Shown here piece by piece: positions 9,427 through 19,146 of a DNA stretch of 64,000 bases. Source of the stretch: Deltaproteobacteria bacterium (lineage in GTDB: Bacteria; Desulfobacterota; Desulfobacteria; Desulfobacterales; ETH-SRB1); NCBI GenBank assembly GCA_030262895.1, contig JAJSZW010000002.1, positions 11,692 to 75,691 of the forward strand, read 5' to 3'. The translations under genes were made by a program, and so were the position numbers. The notes under the pieces were generated by a model. The model did no database searches, had not been told where the DNA came from, and was given only the letters and a program-made list of their open reading frames with translations. Positions within the stretch are counted from its first letter, which is position 1. The number at the start of each line of letters is the position of its first letter.

Positions 9427-11408
9427 GATCCTGGTCCTACCGCCACATCACTTGTGGCGATTTTCAAGTAAGGCAATTCCAATGGCTGCAAAGCGAAATA
9501 ATCACGCTCAGCACCCTCCCCTAGTTGCACCCGCCAGACATAATTCACTTTTTCGATTTGATGCAGTAATTGGAATATGTCTGAACAGTAAATTGAGCGC
9601 CCGAGTTTCCAGCCCTTTCCGTCATCACCCCCATATAGTGGATGAAAGTATTCCCGGATACGTTTAACGATTTCTTCTGCAAGGCTTGCTTCATCATACA
9701 CTGTACGTGAATCAACCCCCACACTAACCGGAATAGTCCGATAGATAGGTGGACTGAGCATGACACGGGTTGTGATTAATCGCCGCCGATCAAGAAACTG
9801 ATTAATACGCTGAAGTAACTCTTTTGTCGGCAGTGGCCTTCTTTCGTTTGGGCTGGCCTCAGGTATAATAATAATGGCCACCGTGCCGGCATCATTGAGA
9901 CGCCTGGCATGAACTCTTTCTACATGCGGTCCGTCATACAAAATCTTTGAATTAAAGGTATCGCATGCAAGGCGTTCGAAGTCCGTTGCAGTAATAGCCC
10001 GTTCTTGTCCCTTTAGTTCACTCAGCCCATCACTAAGTGCATTGTCTAAATCAAACAAGTAGTCTCCACCACTTCCAAACAATTGAGTGGTGCCAATATC
10101 AACTGGTTGATCTGCCGGATTACCGATGTTCAGATTACTGGTTTCAAAAGTCGCGTGAATTGCATTCTGATAGTCAGTATCTGCATCAAGTGCAAGCAAT
10201 GCATCACGATCTGATTCAATCAATCTCCCGCTTTGTATTATCTGACCCCTGGCTGGATCATATGTGGTGTTTGAGAAAGGTGAGAGATCGACACCGCCAG
10301 GTAGTGTTGAAAGCGCTGCACAGGTTTGTCCGATGCTATTGATATATTGAACAGCTTTTTGCCGTTCCCGACCTTCGACGCGTTGCAGATGTTCTATGCG
10401 AAAACTTGCCCCTCGCGGGGGAATGCGGCCATGTTGATTGTCACCGAAACGCAATTGATAGGTGAGCCAGTCAATAGTAAATACATTATCTACATTTGTG
10501 GCTTCCAATAGATCCTGGCGGTAAGTCCAGCTTTCTGTAACTGGTAGTCCTGCCTCTGGCGTGTAAGATACCATGACACGTGGATTCGGATCATAGACAT
10601 TGGAGCCCTGCCGGCTTGGATCCAACAAAACAGGCCATACTTCTCCGTTTGCTGTTCGTGTATCCAGACTAAACGTCTGATTAGCTGTGCCGTCGGACTG
10701 AATAGTCGCACCACTACCATCGACAAGCTGTTTTGGGAGACCCGGATCAAGCGCACGGTGGCGAGCCGTTACATCAACAGAGGGTTTGCCGGAGGGAATC
10801 GTTACCCTGCGAATGGTCTCAAATATTTCAGTTGTGCCACCACTGTCAGCCAATTGTGTACCGGCCGGAATAGTCACCGTCCGATTAGAAGCAGCATACA
10901 AATACTGTATTGCTGTTTGATAAGCAGCATTGGCGCTCAATGCTAATAAATCGGATAGCTGACTCTCTTCCATCACTCCGCGAAATAACAGTCGTGCTCC
11001 CTCGTAGTAAAATAATGCAGCCAATCCAGCCGGCGGAAATCCAGGCGGGAGACTCGCCAAGGCCACAGATGGCACAGCACGAACAAAACGCACCTCGGTG
11101 GTTACTGGTTCCGGTCTATCGAGTACAAGTTTTAAAAAGTTTGTTTCCACTTCAGGTGGGATTTGATTACAACGGTATGTGATCATCTCACCCATTGCAG
11201 AAAGCAGTTCCAACAAAGCAATGCCAGGGTCAGAGGCATTATGGTCTACCCAGCTACGATTCATATCACCGGAATCATGCTTGGCTGCTATATGAGACAG
11301 TAACGGGATCTCGTCGATTAAAGCCTGCCGTAACTGTCGATAGGTTTGATCATCAATGTTCGAAATCGGAACTGTCATGGCTGCATCCTCATGCGACAAT
11401 CTCCACAA
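9423..11408 (-). CDS. Baseplate J / gp6-like wedge protein
   Basis: NASDPGIALLELLSAMGEMITYRCNQIP is the classic Baseplate_J N-terminal signature. Position and size fit Afp11/12-type proteins. Confidence 0.8.
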   Translation of the reverse strand: MWRLSHEDAAMTVPISNIDDQTYRQLRQALIDEIPLLSHIAAKHDSGDMNRSWVDHNASDPGIALLELLSAMGEMITYRCNQIPPEVETNFLKLVLDRPEPVTTEVRFVRAVPSVALASLPPGFPPAGLAALFYYEGARLLFRGVMEESQLSDLLALSANAAYQTAIQYLYAASNRTVTIPAGTQLADSGGTTEIFETIRRVTIPSGKPSVDVTARHRALDPGLPKQLVDGSGATIQSDGTANQTFSLDTRTANGEVWPVLLDPSRQGSNVYDPNPRVMVSYTPEAGLPVTESWTYRQDLLEATNVDNVFTIDWLTYQLRFGDNQHGRIPPRGASFRIEHLQRVEGRERQKAVQYINSIGQTCAALSTLPGGVDLSPFSNTTYDPARGQIIQSGRLIESDRDALLALDADTDYQNAIHATFETSNLNIGNPADQPVDIGTTQLFGSGGDYLFDLDNALSDGLSELKGQERAITATDFERLACDTFNSKILYDGPHVERVHARRLNDAGTVAIIIIPEASPNERRPLPTKELLQRINQFLDRRRLITTRVMLSPPIYRTIPVSVGVDSRTVYDEASLAEEIVKRIREYFHPLYGGDDGKGWKLGRSIYCSDIFQLLHQIEKVNYVWRVQLGEGAERDYFALQPLELPYLKIATSDVAVGPGS

Positions 11409-14400
11409 CGTGTATACCGCTACTGACGAGATGAGTACTATCTACGGACACAAGCTCTGGGTCATCCACATTGTTAAATTCTACCTTCGGGACAGCGTCG
11501 ACACCATCAATTGCTTCCAGATAGGTATATACATTTGAAATATGCAGGTTTGCGGCAAATGGCCACCCCTCACCATTGGCTCCACCTGTTAATGGATGGA
11601 AGTATGCTTCCAAACTGTTCGCCACACGTGCGGCTAAAGTACTAGCCATAGTCGGATCGATAGGAATAATTTGGGTAGTGATCGATACTTCTATATAGGT
11701 TGGCCCAATGACAAAAAATTTATGTGTAGCGGTTTCCGAACCTCTTTTTTCAAGGTAGCGGTGAATCTGATCTAACAAACCGGGTGTTGGTTGTGGCTGA
11801 CGTTCAAGACTAAAGGGAACAACAATGAGCGTAACCGCGCCTAATTGACGCTGGCCAGTTGCATTGGTGACCGGCAAGGCACGTACTAAGCGCAACCCCG
11901 GATCCGCCTCTCTGGCCAGGGCTTCGAAATCTTCACGAGTAACGGCACGGCCGCGGTGTTTGAGTGTCCCAGGACCACGATTAAAAATCTTCGCCATCGT
12001 ATCTTCAGGACCTGCGCCACCTTGCGCTGCAATACGATTTGTTACGGCTGCTACGTAAGGTAGTGAACTCGTTAGTTGTTGCACAGTGTCGATCTTGGCT
12101 GCCCGTTTAGCATGGGCACCGTAACTGACTTGATAGCGGTCGACGCGCACGTTTTGTCGGCCCCTGGGGACAGGCATACCGCTAAAGTTTATTTCGCCGT
12201 TAACTCGGTCTAAAACATAATGTCGGTCATTTGGAGTAGAAAAACGAGAGTTGGGTACGGGATACCATCGGATCCAATAATATCGCTCACCTGTTTTCGG
12301 GTCTTCTTCTTGCGGTAAGACAACTGGCTGAGTGGATATTTCCAACTTTGCCGCAAGATCTTTTTCCCATTGCTCAAGCTCTTCAATAACTTCTGCCGAG
12401 GGTAAATTTGCCTCGCGTATGCGTAGTATTTCACCTGGCAGCACTGGGGCCTGGGATAAACGAAATGTTTGCATTTTTTCACCCGTGCCAGCACCAAGCA
12501 TTTCATTTTCAATCGTACGGATACTCTTCGCCCACACTGAATTGAGATGAAATTCCTTTAATCGACGCGTTGCTCGTAATGTACCGGCGACGACCCGCGC
12601 ACGCATCCAATACAAATTTTTGCCTAATCCAAACTCAACACTGGAGCTCATATCAAGGGGTGCGTTAAAAGCAACGGTACTGCTTGATGAAAGGGCTCTG
12701 GTATCGTCTTCTGTGTCAAGACGGATCCATTGACCGGATGCGTTGCGGTATTCCCAGGTCATAACCGGTGAATCAGTAGAAGCCTCCTGCCCAAGTAAAT
12801 CGGGATCAGGCTGATCCAGTATAAACAACTGACTGACACGAACGCTGTTAAATGTATTGTTGAAGCCCAGATACAATGCCGGGCTTGTTTCATTTAATTT
12901 TGCCAGAGTCTTAAAGGGGATAAAGCGTTGAGATGCGATGCTGAGTGAGTCTGTGTGGTCCCGTATTTCAAAATGATTAATCGTTTTGCATGCATGCAAA
13001 TCCGCCCTATCTGCCGCAGGCACAGTAAAATCTATTGATAAGTCAGCAATAGATATTGCAGGTGGGGTTGATGTCGTTTGATTGTAGGTATAACTATAAG
13101 TTGTACCATCCGATGCGGCAACGGTAACGGAAACAGGTGTCACAGCACTATAGCTGCCCGACACGACCCTGGTACGGATCCAATACCCTTTGACAGAATT
13201 GACTGTGGTTGCGACCAGATCGTTTGGAATATTAAACGTCAGCGTAAATAGATCGGTATTTGACGGTCTTAAATGTATCTGATTACCCGTTTCAATTAGT
13301 GACAATGGTTTCCAGCGATTTTCCGCTGACCAGTACTCCCATGCCAGTTGAGTATCACCGGCAGGGACTTCCAATAGTTTAAGGTCAAGCTGAACAGTCC
13401 TGTCTTTGCCGATTTGCGGCTTATTAAATAACTCTGAGGCTATATAAAAAGCATCATTTCGTTTCGGGTACTCACCCAATGGATAAAAGTCGAGATCCAG
13501 CGAGATCGGCAGGGTATTAGTAAAGGCATCTTCTGGCAAGGTATTTATGCCGGCTGCACTGGCTGCACGTACCCCGGCGATTCTAATATTGCTGATTTCC
13601 GGTAGTAAATAGTCACCATCAGTCAATGGTACAGCAAGTCGCACCCTGATCCATGAACGCAGGTCGCCATCTATACTAACTGGTTTGGAACCCTTAAAAT
13701 CATGAATTGTCACACTAGTATTCACCAGATTGCTCTCCGTTAACCAGTCTGCCGCATGATCGACATCGTCTGTCACTACCCATTGCTTGCCATCATAGGC
13801 TTCCCACTTAACAGTTCCTGCAAATGAACCGGCTTCGGCAATATGAAACTCAATGATCAAATCCTGCAAACTTGTCTGACTGCAATATCCGTCGTGGACC
13901 ATATAAATACTATGTTCAACTGGTTTATCGTCGGTTGTACCTTGAAAAATTATGGGGCGTGGATACTGATCATCCGTCAAGATATTCTGTAATGATTCGG
14001 TTATTTCACGCCATGAATCCTGACGCGGATCTATGGTTACGATATGTTTGAGTTCGACCGGTGTAAGTTCAAAACCCGCTTCTGTTTCAAAAGTTACTGC
14101 CTTCTCTGTTGTGGTTTGTGTGGTTGCGACCTGGGTTCCTTGTGGTACTGGCTGGCCCGCTTTCGTACCCGGCGCCGGCGTAAAGGTGATGGGCGCCCGT
14201 GCCGGCGATCCCGGCAAACGTTCCACGCCAACCATATCTAAAAATGCAGCAAAGTGTTTATCCGGGATACGGTTTATCCGCTCGCCCAAAATTGTCATTA
14301 ATCTTGCATACAAGCGATTCATAACCAGGCCAAAATCGAGCGGTTCTCCTGCTTCCTCCTCAGCAGTCCACTCCGGTAACAAATGCGCACGTAATCCTTT

Positions 14401-14487
14401 TTCAGTGGCATTAGCCAGACGGATCCGCGCCTCCTCGAGAATCGCAAGGTGATCGCTATAGCGGCGTTTGTCTATCTTTGGCGTCAT
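11389..14487 (-). CDS. Large baseplate assembly/wedge protein (Afp11/Afp12-like)
   Basis: 1032-aa ORF immediately after the gp25-like gene. The N-terminal block LYARLMTILGERINRIPDKHFAAFLDMVGVERLPGSPA resembles putative baseplate assembly proteins of CIS loci. Confidence 0.7.
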   Translation of the reverse strand: MTPKIDKRRYSDHLAILEEARIRLANATEKGLRAHLLPEWTAEEEAGEPLDFGLVMNRLYARLMTILGERINRIPDKHFAAFLDMVGVERLPGSPARAPITFTPAPGTKAGQPVPQGTQVATTQTTTEKAVTFETEAGFELTPVELKHIVTIDPRQDSWREITESLQNILTDDQYPRPIIFQGTTDDKPVEHSIYMVHDGYCSQTSLQDLIIEFHIAEAGSFAGTVKWEAYDGKQWVVTDDVDHAADWLTESNLVNTSVTIHDFKGSKPVSIDGDLRSWIRVRLAVPLTDGDYLLPEISNIRIAGVRAASAAGINTLPEDAFTNTLPISLDLDFYPLGEYPKRNDAFYIASELFNKPQIGKDRTVQLDLKLLEVPAGDTQLAWEYWSAENRWKPLSLIETGNQIHLRPSNTDLFTLTFNIPNDLVATTVNSVKGYWIRTRVVSGSYSAVTPVSVTVAASDGTTYSYTYNQTTSTPPAISIADLSIDFTVPAADRADLHACKTINHFEIRDHTDSLSIASQRFIPFKTLAKLNETSPALYLGFNNTFNSVRVSQLFILDQPDPDLLGQEASTDSPVMTWEYRNASGQWIRLDTEDDTRALSSSSTVAFNAPLDMSSSVEFGLGKNLYWMRARVVAGTLRATRRLKEFHLNSVWAKSIRTIENEMLGAGTGEKMQTFRLSQAPVLPGEILRIREANLPSAEVIEELEQWEKDLAAKLEISTQPVVLPQEEDPKTGERYYWIRWYPVPNSRFSTPNDRHYVLDRVNGEINFSGMPVPRGRQNVRVDRYQVSYGAHAKRAAKIDTVQQLTSSLPYVAAVTNRIAAQGGAGPEDTMAKIFNRGPGTLKHRGRAVTREDFEALAREADPGLRLVRALPVTNATGQRQLGAVTLIVVPFSLERQPQPTPGLLDQIHRYLEKRGSETATHKFFVIGPTYIEVSITTQIIPIDPTMASTLAARVANSLEAYFHPLTGGANGEGWPFAANLHISNVYTYLEAIDGVDAVPKVEFNNVDDPELVSVDSTHLVSSGIHVVEIVA

Positions 14488-14882
14488 TGCTCTGGGCCTC
14501 TAAGATAAAACGGATAAACATAATTGGCTTTGGTATTGTTACTACGCACCTTATATTCAACGCTGATTAACGCGGTCGCTGCATTTCTTGGATCGCTGGA
14601 TACCGCCACGTCCATTACGCGAATTCGTGGCTCCCACTTTTGCAAAGCGCTTTTTACCGTAGTCGCCATGCGCCCTTTATTAATTGCACTAAGCGGTTGG
14701 AATAGGAAATTGAAAAGATCAGAGCCAAAGTCCGGGCGCATAAGGCGTTCACCTTTTGCGGTACCAAGAATAAGTTGAATCGACCGGTTTATCGCATCCA
14801 CTTCATCGACACGCACTATCCGTCCTTGCGAATCAACGCTAACGGGAAATCCCCAGCCTGTTCCAAGAAAATTCTGTGTCAT
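14484..14882 (-). CDS. gp25/GPW-like baseplate wedge protein
   Basis: GTGWGFPVSVD...INRSIQLILGTAKGERLMRPDFGSDL is the GPW_gp25 signature. Confidence 0.85.
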   Translation of the reverse strand: MTQNFLGTGWGFPVSVDSQGRIVRVDEVDAINRSIQLILGTAKGERLMRPDFGSDLFNFLFQPLSAINKGRMATTVKSALQKWEPRIRVMDVAVSSDPRNAATALISVEYKVRSNNTKANYVYPFYLRGPEQ

Positions 14883-14902
14883 CCTCTTAACCTGTCATTC
14901 TG

Positions 14903-15325
14903 CTATCCGATTAATACCGTTCCCGCGGCTATCACAGTACCCACCGGTAGATCTGATGGATCATTGCAAGTCGTTGCCATATCGCCCATGCGTGCTGCTG
15001 CCTTGCCATTGATATTTACGGTTTGGCTCCCCATCTCTATGGTCCCCGAATTACTGGGTGGACTTTGGAATGGTCCACCCAGGGGGATATGCGAGGGGGT
15101 GTTTGTTGCCTTACTCCCAGCTGTCGCCGCAGGTTGTCCTATAATATTGACATCACTGCTTAGTTCGCCATCAATGACACCAGTGAAAGGATGTGGCAAC
15201 GGTGTTGGCACAGGACCACCTGGCGTGGAGATCATAATAATATGAATATCTACTCCGACTATTTGGTCACCATTCTTTGCAGCCGGCTGACCCATTATTT
15301 CCCCTTGCCTGAACTTAGCGAACAC
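14903..15325 (-). CDS. PAAR-domain spike tip protein
   Basis: 140 aa and Gly/Pro-rich, with GQPAAKNGD / IIGQPAATAGS / INGKAAARMGD repeats typical of PAAR. It sits directly after the spike gene. Confidence 0.75.
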   Translation of the reverse strand: MFAKFRQGEIMGQPAAKNGDQIVGVDIHIIMISTPGGPVPTPLPHPFTGVIDGELSSDVNIIGQPAATAGSKATNTPSHIPLGGPFQSPPSNSGTIEMGSQTVNINGKAAARMGDMATTCNDPSDLPVGTVIAAGTVLIG

Positions 15326-15973
15326 TTAGTTAATATTGACGGTTTGTCCTTTTAGGTTGAGCGTTGCGCCCGCCTCAACATCGGCGGATTGATCAGACAC
15401 CAGTTTTGCCGATGACGATGCATTCAATTCCAGCTCATTACACTCCAGGGTTATTTTTCCGTCAGGTGCTGACAATGTTATGTCTCCTGCCACACTAATC
15501 GTAATAGCGTTTTTTTCCGTATCGATAACGATTTTATCCTCTTCGCCCTTACCGATAATTTCTATTTTCTCACTACCATCCGTGTCATCAAGTCTAATCA
15601 TATGACCGCTTCGCGAATGTATGAGACGAATATTATTTTCACCATCCGCATTGTCGATCGGTGGTGTATCTACGCCATTCCATAATCCACCCAATACGAG
15701 TGGTTTGCGTATATCACCAAATTCGAAAGCAACAAGCACCTCATCATCGACTTCAGGTAGAAAAAATACTCCCCGCCCATTGCCGGCCATAATAGATACC
15801 ACTCTGGCCCAGTCACTTTCATGTTCATCACTGAGCCAGGGAAACTTGATTTTTATGCGGCCCAGACCATCCGGGTCTTCATTATTGGTAACAATTCCGA
15901 CAACTACGCCACTAATAGCATCCCTCTTAAAGAGATAATCTTCGTTTGGTTGTAAGATTTCTAACAGGCTCAT
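15326..15973 (-). CDS. gpV / gp5-OB-fold baseplate spike (C-terminal half of a VgrG-like protein)
   Basis: GVVVGIVTNNEDPDGLGRIKIKFPWL...WARVVSIMAGNGRGVFFLPEVDDEVLVAFEFGD is the Phage_base_V signature. ATG 15973 forms an ATGA overlap with the gpD-like stop; the track ORF start at 15994 is less likely. Confidence 0.8.
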   Translation of the reverse strand: MSLLEILQPNEDYLFKRDAISGVVVGIVTNNEDPDGLGRIKIKFPWLSDEHESDWARVVSIMAGNGRGVFFLPEVDDEVLVAFEFGDIRKPLVLGGLWNGVDTPPIDNADGENNIRLIHSRSGHMIRLDDTDGSEKIEIIGKGEEDKIVIDTEKNAITISVAGDITLSAPDGKITLECNELELNASSSAKLVSDQSADVEAGATLNLKGQTVNIN

Positions 15974-17040
15974 GATGTTGAATTCCGTTGGCAATTAAAG
16001 CGGGTGATATAACCATCGCCGTCAATAATGTGGTGTGTTTTTTCCAGATAATATAAACCACTCATACGCTGACCAAGATTACCTAGTTCAACCACATCGC
16101 CTGCTTTCAGTGAAGCATTACCTATGCTTTCTCCTTCCGCCTTTAGGTATTGTAAATTCATGCGATTGAAGATTGCTTTTGCAATCTGATCTGCTTCTGA
16201 TTGCTCATAAATCGGCTTATCTACTATAACTTCCTCATATTCACCGAATGCATCTCCGGCCACGTCTACGCCAAGAGAAGCACCACCCATCACCCCCAAT
16301 TCATCTCCACTTTGCCCTAGTCCTACGATTGCCTCTTTAGAATTAATATTCCAACCCTTGACCAATACCTTTTTTACCTGCGACAAAGTTGACAGGCGTA
16401 AGTTGAGTTCCTTAAGATCAACACGGTAACTAAGTGTTGTCACCGCACTTTGGCTAAAAGCGGCTTTGCGGAATTGTAGTGTGTTGTCGACAACATCGAC
16501 TTCATAGTTTATGCGGCGCGCGCGTTCTTGCAAGAAATCCATATCACTCTGATTATATTGAAACAAATGCGCATAAACTATTTCGCTATCATCAACACTT
16601 GATTGCAACTGCATTGCACTGGCGATCTGTTCTGCAATCTCGGAATCCTTAATATTGGTATAGGTCTGTGTTTTACGGCCACGGCGGAAGCGGTGTAATT
16701 TATCGTAGCCTTGCACGTGGAGAGTGGGTGCCGTATCCGATCCATATTCGACCTCTATCGCTACAATCTCGCCATTTATTAGACTGACAAAGTCTTCGCC
16801 ATAGCCGACCAGTACTTCAAGGCTACTTCCTTCGCTAAAAGTCTCATCATCTATATATTGATAGTCCTGATTACCGGCATCCCAGATATTTACCGTAATA
16901 TCAAAAACATCAGACCCATTAACGTATTGCTCCACTTCCACGCTAAGCACATTTACCACTATTTCCGCTGGAATATCTTCACCATCGACGCGTACACGCC
17001 AGCCTGGTATTAATTCCTGCTCGGTAGTTTGAGTTGTCAT
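15970..17040 (-). CDS. Phage late control gene D-like protein (VgrG N-terminal half / baseplate hub)
   Basis: The 356-aa size and the block SEIAEQIASAMQLQSSVDD...QYNQSDMDFLQERARRINYEV are typical of gpD. Confidence 0.8.
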   Translation of the reverse strand: MTTQTTEQELIPGWRVRVDGEDIPAEIVVNVLSVEVEQYVNGSDVFDITVNIWDAGNQDYQYIDDETFSEGSSLEVLVGYGEDFVSLINGEIVAIEVEYGSDTAPTLHVQGYDKLHRFRRGRKTQTYTNIKDSEIAEQIASAMQLQSSVDDSEIVYAHLFQYNQSDMDFLQERARRINYEVDVVDNTLQFRKAAFSQSAVTTLSYRVDLKELNLRLSTLSQVKKVLVKGWNINSKEAIVGLGQSGDELGVMGGASLGVDVAGDAFGEYEEVIVDKPIYEQSEADQIAKAIFNRMNLQYLKAEGESIGNASLKAGDVVELGNLGQRMSGLYYLEKTHHIIDGDGYITRFNCQRNSTS

Positions 17041-17048
17041 AATAATCC

Positions 17049-17735
17049 CTACTTTATCGGCGGTATAGTCAATCTGCTGCCGGGTATGAGCACTCTAGGA
17101 TCCTGTATGTTGTTTGTCTGTGCGATGCGGCGCCACTCTAAAGGTTTTTTCCATAAGGCCTGTGCAATACCACTTAGGGTGTCGCCTTCTGTTACCGTAT
17201 ACGACTGAGCCGGATATGAGCCGCGCCGAGGGAAACGTTCCTCTATTTCCTCGGGCGTTAAATATTCTTGGACGGATATATTGAGTTTTGCCCGCACAGG
17301 AAAGCCTTGTTCCGTGAATAGAACGAATTGCTGTCTCAGGCTCAGCAGTACGCCTTTGAATGGAAAATCCGGATTAATCAGCCCGGTGGGTGCATTACCC
17401 CATGATACTTCTATTATTGGTGGTCGCTTGCCATCACCATCATCGACGCTGACCGTCATCAGCCTGGCGACACGATCTGTGTATTTTCTTACATCTACAG
17501 ACTGACCTTCGCCGTCTTTCTCTTCATAGCTATCAAAGAATAATTCCATAGCAAGCTTTCTGAGATCGGCCTTGGTGAATTGTGTTCTTGGCTCACCACC
17601 TTGCACGTTTTGTGTGTCCCAGGAATTGCTCTGCTCTATCGTATATTCCGTAGGATTAAACAACACCCTGACATTCTGATCGTCTATTGCCTCGTCAGTA
17701 TCCAAATTGCGGATTTTCATTTTGACAAGCGGCAT
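17049..17735 (-). CDS. Tube initiator with C-terminal LysM domain (Afp7/Pvc7-like)
   Basis: N-terminal VLFNPTEYTIEQSNSW tube-like fold signature. C-terminal LysM is YTVTEGDTLSGIAQALWKKPLEWRRIAQTNNIQDPRVLIPGSRLTIP. Confidence 0.85.
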   Translation of the reverse strand: MPLVKMKIRNLDTDEAIDDQNVRVLFNPTEYTIEQSNSWDTQNVQGGEPRTQFTKADLRKLAMELFFDSYEEKDGEGQSVDVRKYTDRVARLMTVSVDDGDGKRPPIIEVSWGNAPTGLINPDFPFKGVLLSLRQQFVLFTEQGFPVRAKLNISVQEYLTPEEIEERFPRRGSYPAQSYTVTEGDTLSGIAQALWKKPLEWRRIAQTNNIQDPRVLIPGSRLTIPPIK

Positions 17736-17740
17736 AATTA

Positions 17741-19144
17741 CTATATCCCAAGCCTTTCACGTTCACGTACGAGTTGCTTACTCATTGATTGATAAGTTTC
17801 TCGTGCTATGCGTTTTCGGTTGAATGCGTTTTTCTCTAAATGGCTAAGGCGTTTCTTTATCTGTTGCTCTATTTGGTGTTCAATCCACTGCACCTTATTG
17901 CCAGTGGCGGTTTGCCCAGTAATAGACGCGACAGCTATGCTTTCATTTTCTTGATTATTAGTTTGCCTATGCGGGTTTACATAGCAATACACATAGTGCT
18001 GCCGGTCCGGACAGATATTTATTTTTGGCGGATTCCTGGCTCTGATATAACCAGAGTAATTCTGCTCTCCCTGCTCATAGGCGCTTGCAAGACGTCGCCC
18101 TGGTGTGTCTGTACTGCTATTGCTTAGTGAGTACTGCTCATTACTGATATCAATGGATGCTGCGCGTGGAACAACATTACTACCAAGTGCTGATTGTTGT
18201 AACTGGATCGGTTTATGTTTATTGGCACCGTGTTTCTTGCCTGGATGGGGGTTAATGTTTGAAACGGCAATGTTGCGGTATGCATGTGTTGCATGTTTTA
18301 TGAACGACACATCATGACGGTGCACTACATGTAGATTTTTGTAAAATCTGCGTATTGAATTTGCTATAGTTTTATTGTCTTCCAGCGATTTTTGTATCAC
18401 TATATTGGATACGTTGTTGGACAGCAACTGGCTATGGTCCGAATCCAATCTTTTTTGCTGAAATGCTTGTTCAAGATGTTTATTGTTACGTAATTCCTTT
18501 ATTTGATTTTTGCTTACAGCGTTGCTGATAACATGCGAAAAATGTTCAATTTCAGTATTTTTAATGACATATGCTGGCCCTATGCGTTCAACCGTTAATG
18601 CCTTAGCGGTCTTTTCACATTCCTTGTATTTGGAAACGACAGTACCTTGTTTGACTTTTTCTGTATCAAATAGTTGACTTATTCGCGTTATATTGCGCTG
18701 TATATGTCGTCCTGTTGATATGGTTTGGTACAAATGCTGTTTATAGGCAGGATTATATTGCTTTACTACATAAAACTGCTGTTTCAAAAGGGACCCCGGC
18801 TGCACGCCTTGTACTGCGTGCGAGTTATTCCTTCTTATATTTACGAATATACTATTCTGATAATTTGCATTGAGATGAACTTGTTTAATTGCATAGGATT
18901 TGATTTGTCGCGTATAGGGTAACTTCCATATTCTTGATATTTCACCAAACCAATAGTATGCTTGCCGGAACTGCACATCATCTGGTTGTAAGCTTGTCCA
19001 TTTTTTCCATGGCTGAAATTCCGCTGCCTTTAACTGCAACTTGCGCGATAATTGATCAATCCGATTAACATTACGAGCCATAACGCCTTTAAACTGCTTG
19101 TTACGGCGTTTTGTAAGGACTGGCGTTAATGTTTCGTTGCTCAT
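17741..19144 (-). CDS. Q/N/K/H-rich protein of unknown function; tape-measure (Afp14-like) candidate by position only
   Basis: 467-aa ORF tightly packed between the DUF4157 and LysM genes. Low-complexity polar composition, no motif recognised, and visibly more AT-rich than its neighbours. Confidence 0.35.
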   Translation of the reverse strand: MSNETLTPVLTKRRNKQFKGVMARNVNRIDQLSRKLQLKAAEFQPWKKWTSLQPDDVQFRQAYYWFGEISRIWKLPYTRQIKSYAIKQVHLNANYQNSIFVNIRRNNSHAVQGVQPGSLLKQQFYVVKQYNPAYKQHLYQTISTGRHIQRNITRISQLFDTEKVKQGTVVSKYKECEKTAKALTVERIGPAYVIKNTEIEHFSHVISNAVSKNQIKELRNNKHLEQAFQQKRLDSDHSQLLSNNVSNIVIQKSLEDNKTIANSIRRFYKNLHVVHRHDVSFIKHATHAYRNIAVSNINPHPGKKHGANKHKPIQLQQSALGSNVVPRAASIDISNEQYSLSNSSTDTPGRRLASAYEQGEQNYSGYIRARNPPKINICPDRQHYVYCYVNPHRQTNNQENESIAVASITGQTATGNKVQWIEHQIEQQIKKRLSHLEKNAFNRKRIARETYQSMSKQLVRERERLGI

Positions 19145-19146
19145 GA

